Below, in pieces: positions 34,683 to 37,498 of a stretch of DNA of 37,498 nt. The notes beneath the pieces are model-generated. The model was not told where the DNA came from, made no database searches, and worked only from the letters and a program-made list of their open reading frames with translations. How positions within the stretch are numbered: the stretch's first letter is position 1; the number at the start of each line of letters is the position of its first letter. The stretch is from a virus. Its lineage: Duplodnaviria > Caudoviricetes. The stretch lies in the IMG/VR virus record IMGVR_UViG_3300006872_000008, positions 1 to 37,498 of that record. One strand, 5' to 3'. A program made the translations under genes and the position numbers.

Positions 34683-35993
34683 CTAGTTGAGCGAGCGCAC
34701 CGCCGACGCCGCCTTCGCGAGCTTCGGGTTCTGCTCGGCCGCCTTCACGTAGGCGTGCGTGTAGTCGAGCGTCGGGTCGGCCTTCATGAGCGCCTGCGTT
34801 GCCGCCTCGAGCTGCGCTTCCGCGGCCGACGCGGAGTCGGCGCCGCCGTTCGCGGCCTCGGTGACCGCCGGGATCGTGTCGGTCCCGAGATTCTTCGCGA
34901 CGAAGGCGTGGGCCGCGTTCGCCGAGACGAGCAGCTCGTGCGCCGCCTTGCGGGTCGGCTCGTCGGCGATGCCGTCCACCGCCTCGAGCACCGCGCCGAC
35001 CACGTCGGCCGTGCCCTTCAGCGCGACGAGCCCGCCCGCGCGCTTCTCGAGCGACGCCTTGCGCAGCGCCTTGTCCTGCTCGTCCGCGCGCTTCGCGAGC
35101 GCGACCGTGCGCGCGTCGTCGCGCTTCGTGTACAGGGTGCCGTCGGTCGCCTTGTAGACGACCTCGTTCGCGGCCGTGATCAGCGCGGCGCGGTCGGCCG
35201 CCGACTTCGCGAGGAAGCCCGGGCGATCGCCCTCGGAGAGCAGCGCGAGGTGCGCCTTCTCGCCGTCGTTCAGGCCCGCGAGCACGCGCGCCTGCGCGAG
35301 GTCGCCCTCGAGCTTCGAGATCTTCGTGTCGCGCTCGGCGACGTCGCGCTCGAGCTGCTCGATGGTCTTGGACATGGGCTCGTCCTCCTTCTTGGGCTTC
35401 TTCTTCTCGGGCAGCCGGTACTCGGCGGCCTGCTTGATCACGCAGCCGTGCGTGTGCCCTTCGGCCTCGCCGAGCACGGCGGAGCCATCGGGGCCGAAGC
35501 GCACCGGATGCACGTGCGCCTTCCCCAGCGACGCCGGGCCACTCGGCCCCGCGAAGCGGTGATCGATCGCGTGGTCGTGCTCGGGAGCACCGGCCGCCGC
35601 GCACTTCTTCAGCTCGACCGAGACGACGCGTGGACCCGAGGCGTCCTTCAGCATCGTCGCCGCCACCAGGTCGAGCGGCTCGACCGTGTGCGTGTGGCCC
35701 TCGGACGCGCCGATCTCGATGCCGCCCGAGACGGTGAAGGCCCACGGATGCGAGTGGCCGTTCTCGGCGCCCTCGCTGACCGCGTAAGAGGTCTCGCCCC
35801 CGGTCGTCTCGGGATAGAGCCACAGCGCGTGCGCGTGCCCCTCCGCTTCCGAGGTGAGCACGACCGCGGTTCGCTTGGCGACCGGATCGTCGGCGCGCTT
35901 CATGATGACCGCGAGGGCCCCCTGCTGTGCGGGTCGATCGACGGCGGCCAACTCATCGATCGCGAACCGGCGCATGATGCGTCGAGTCGTCAC
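34683..35993 (-). CDS. Scaffold protein with N-terminal protease-like motif and His-x-His repeats
   Basis: IDELAAVDRPAQQGALAVIMKR, six HxH repeats, coiled-coil C-half ending LDYTHAYVKAAEQNPKL. The start is uncertain (GTG at 35993 chosen). Confidence 0.72.
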   Translation of the reverse strand: MTTRRIMRRFAIDELAAVDRPAQQGALAVIMKRADDPVAKRTAVVLTSEAEGHAHALWLYPETTGGETSYAVSEGAENGHSHPWAFTVSGGIEIGASEGHTHTVEPLDLVAATMLKDASGPRVVSVELKKCAAAGAPEHDHAIDHRFAGPSGPASLGKAHVHPVRFGPDGSAVLGEAEGHTHGCVIKQAAEYRLPEKKKPKKEDEPMSKTIEQLERDVAERDTKISKLEGDLAQARVLAGLNDGEKAHLALLSEGDRPGFLAKSAADRAALITAANEVVYKATDGTLYTKRDDARTVALAKRADEQDKALRKASLEKRAGGLVALKGTADVVGAVLEAVDGIADEPTRKAAHELLVSANAAHAFVAKNLGTDTIPAVTEAANGGADSASAAEAQLEAATQALMKADPTLDYTHAYVKAAEQNPKLAKAASAVRSLN

Positions 35994-36042
35994 GGCGCAA
36001 TCCATATCGCCGCAGCCACCTGCGCGCAATCCTGCGAGCCCA

Positions 36043-36459
36043 TCACGACGTCACCTCGACGTCCTCGAGGCGTCGGCCGCCGATCGAAAAGCCCGTGTAC
36101 TCGCCGCTCTCGAACTTCGCGAGCACCGCCGGCGACGGCCGCACCGCGACGAGCAGGCCGGTGGTCTCGCACTCGATCCCGAAGCACTTCGCGATCTCGC
36201 GCGTGAGCGGGAACGCGAACACGACGTCGCCGTCGCGCACCGGCGTCTCGCCCTGCCAGGTGTGCATGTCCGTCGACGGACGCGCAGCCTTCGCCATGAA
36301 GTCGGCCGCGGCCTCGAGCATCGCGTCGTCGGGGATGTGGTCGCCCTGAAGGTCGTAGTAGGGCTCGTTCTTCTGGGTGCACGTGATGCCCCAGCCGAGC
36401 ACCAGGCCGAGCTTCTTCTCGACCTTGAGAACCTTCGTGGAGACGCCGAAGCGGGCCAT
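36043..36459 (-). CDS. XkdF-like putative prohead serine protease
   Basis: LGLVLGW...DLQGDHI...AAADFM...DMH...FPLT...TGLLVAV...FESGEYTGFSIGG. Confidence 0.85.
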   Translation of the reverse strand: MARFGVSTKVLKVEKKLGLVLGWGITCTQKNEPYYDLQGDHIPDDAMLEAAADFMAKAARPSTDMHTWQGETPVRDGDVVFAFPLTREIAKCFGIECETTGLLVAVRPSPAVLAKFESGEYTGFSIGGRRLEDVEVTS

Positions 36460-36529
36460 CAGCCCCTCGCTCTTCGGGAGTCGCCACTACCCCGAGCCGC
36501 GGCGCAGCATATCCCAAGCCGCGCGGCCG

Positions 36530-36841
36530 TCAGCAACTCTCGAAGCGGCCCGCGCGAATCCAGCCGTGCCAGTGGCCGACCACGTGCACGCTCGGCGAGA
36601 GCGTCGGGGCCTCGCGGTTCCCGTCGAAGGCCCACGCGCGCGGGCCCGAGATCTCGAGCGGGATCGGCGAGCCACCGTCGTGCGAGAGCGGGTGGTTACC
36701 GGGCAAACGGATCACGAGCGTGTCGCGCTCCTGGCCTTCGACCACGCACTTGCTGAAGAAGAACGCGCCGCAGGCGCCGTCGAACGCTTCCTCCCAGCCG
36801 GCGACCGGGAAGAGCGCGCCGCTCTCGCGCTTGTCCTCCAT
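36530..36841 (-). CDS. DUF6527-like small protein
   Basis: WAFDGNREAPTLSPSVHVVGHWHGWIRAG; GGGAGG RBS. Confidence 0.7.
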   Translation of the reverse strand: MEDKRESGALFPVAGWEEAFDGACGAFFFSKCVVEGQERDTLVIRLPGNHPLSHDGGSPIPLEISGPRAWAFDGNREAPTLSPSVHVVGHWHGWIRAGRFESC

Positions 36842-36863
36842 CGCGGACCTCCCTCAGAAGGAA

Positions 36864-36897
36864 CCGCCCCGCGCCGTTTGCAACCGACGCGGGGCGG
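36864..36897. terminator. GC-rich hairpin after the minor head gene
   Basis: CCGCCCCGCG...CGCGGGGCGG 10-bp perfect stem; followed on the minus strand by TTCCTTCT. Confidence 0.45.
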
Positions 36898-36948
36898 CAA
36901 GGAGAACCCGATGAATCGCAACCTCGAAGATCCCAAGCGAGCGCGAGG

Positions 36949-37498
36949 CTAGCGCAGCCGTGGGATGAAGCTCTCGACCACGCAACGGCACTGGATTGTC
37001 TCCTCGGGCGGCGCTTCCGGGTCGCCCGGGAACATGAGCAGCTCGCCGGAGGGCGACTCGAACGGCTCGTCGAAGCCGCGCTCCTGGCCCTCCATGTCCG
37101 CATGGGTGTCGCGCACGCGATCGTCCTGCGCCGTGCGCCAGATCCGCACCACGCCGGCGCCGTCGTCGCCGGCAGCCTCGAGCGCCTGGCGAATCGATTC
37201 GTGCTCGGCCGCGTGCACGGCGCGCAGCGTCTCCGTCCGCGAGATCACGCGCGCGCGATAGGCGCGGTAGCGCTCGGCGTAGCGGTCGACCATCCGGTTG
37301 ATCTGGGTCGCCGTGAGCGGCCGCTCATTCGCGATCGCCGCGCGCACGGTGCGATCGAAGCGGCCGTCGCGCAGCGCGCGCGCGAGCGCCTCCGAAGAAT
37401 TCTGCTCGAGCAGCCGGCGGTAGTTCACGACCGCGGTGGCCTGCTTCTCGGTGAGCCCGATGACGTCGCGGAAGCCGCGGGCCATATCGCGCACGGGG
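36949..37498 (-). CDS. Minor head protein (Mu gpF / SPP1 gp7-like), 5' end outside the window
   Basis: RARVISRTETLRA...WRTAQDDRVRDTHADMEGQ...PFESPSG..LMFPGDP...ETIQCRC. Confidence 0.9.
   Translation of the reverse strand, partial: PVRDMARGFRDVIGLTEKQATAVVNYRRLLEQNSSEALARALRDGRFDRTVRAAIANERPLTATQINRMVDRYAERYRAYRARVISRTETLRAVHAAEHESIRQALEAAGDDGAGVVRIWRTAQDDRVRDTHADMEGQERGFDEPFESPSGELLMFPGDPEAPPEETIQCRCVVESFIPRLR

Noticed and set aside
1-37498. CRISPR array, tRNA genes, integrase/att site, transposase
   Set aside because: None seen by eye. Terminase, portal and any lysogeny genes may lie outside the window.

Overview
This window is most of a very GC-rich (roughly 70% by eye) tailed phage or prophage genome with siphovirus-like gene content. 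It has three blocks. (1) A leftward replication pair at 1-2032: a zinc-finger/TOPRIM primase cut by the window edge and an O-like initiator. (2) A rightward, tightly coupled early operon at 2366-14059: YqaJ exonuclease, ParB-like protein, HerA/DUF87-like ATPase with two C-terminal wHTH repeats, Gp37/Gp68 (DUF5131) protein, SAM-dependent methyltransferase fold, RecT, SMC/Rad50-like ATPase and hypotheticals. (3) A leftward late operon from the right edge to 14056: Mu-gpF-like head protein, XkdF-like protease, His-repeat scaffold, decoration protein, major capsid, neck genes, tail tube, tail chaperones with a GGGAAAA -1 frameshift, tape measure, two full-length paralogous tail proteins, LamG and fibre proteins, and a GH108 lysis cassette. 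I saw no integrase, repressor, terminase, portal, tRNA, CRISPR array or reverse transcriptase. The most notable observations are a shared C-terminal KLGW tail on the initiator and RecT, a 43-nt leader shared by the separated yqaJ and recT genes, several long strand-specific RNA structures just upstream of ribosome-binding sites, the ParB-ATPase-DUF5131-methyltransferase module, and the duplicated tail gene. All family calls come from motif recognition by eye, not database searches.
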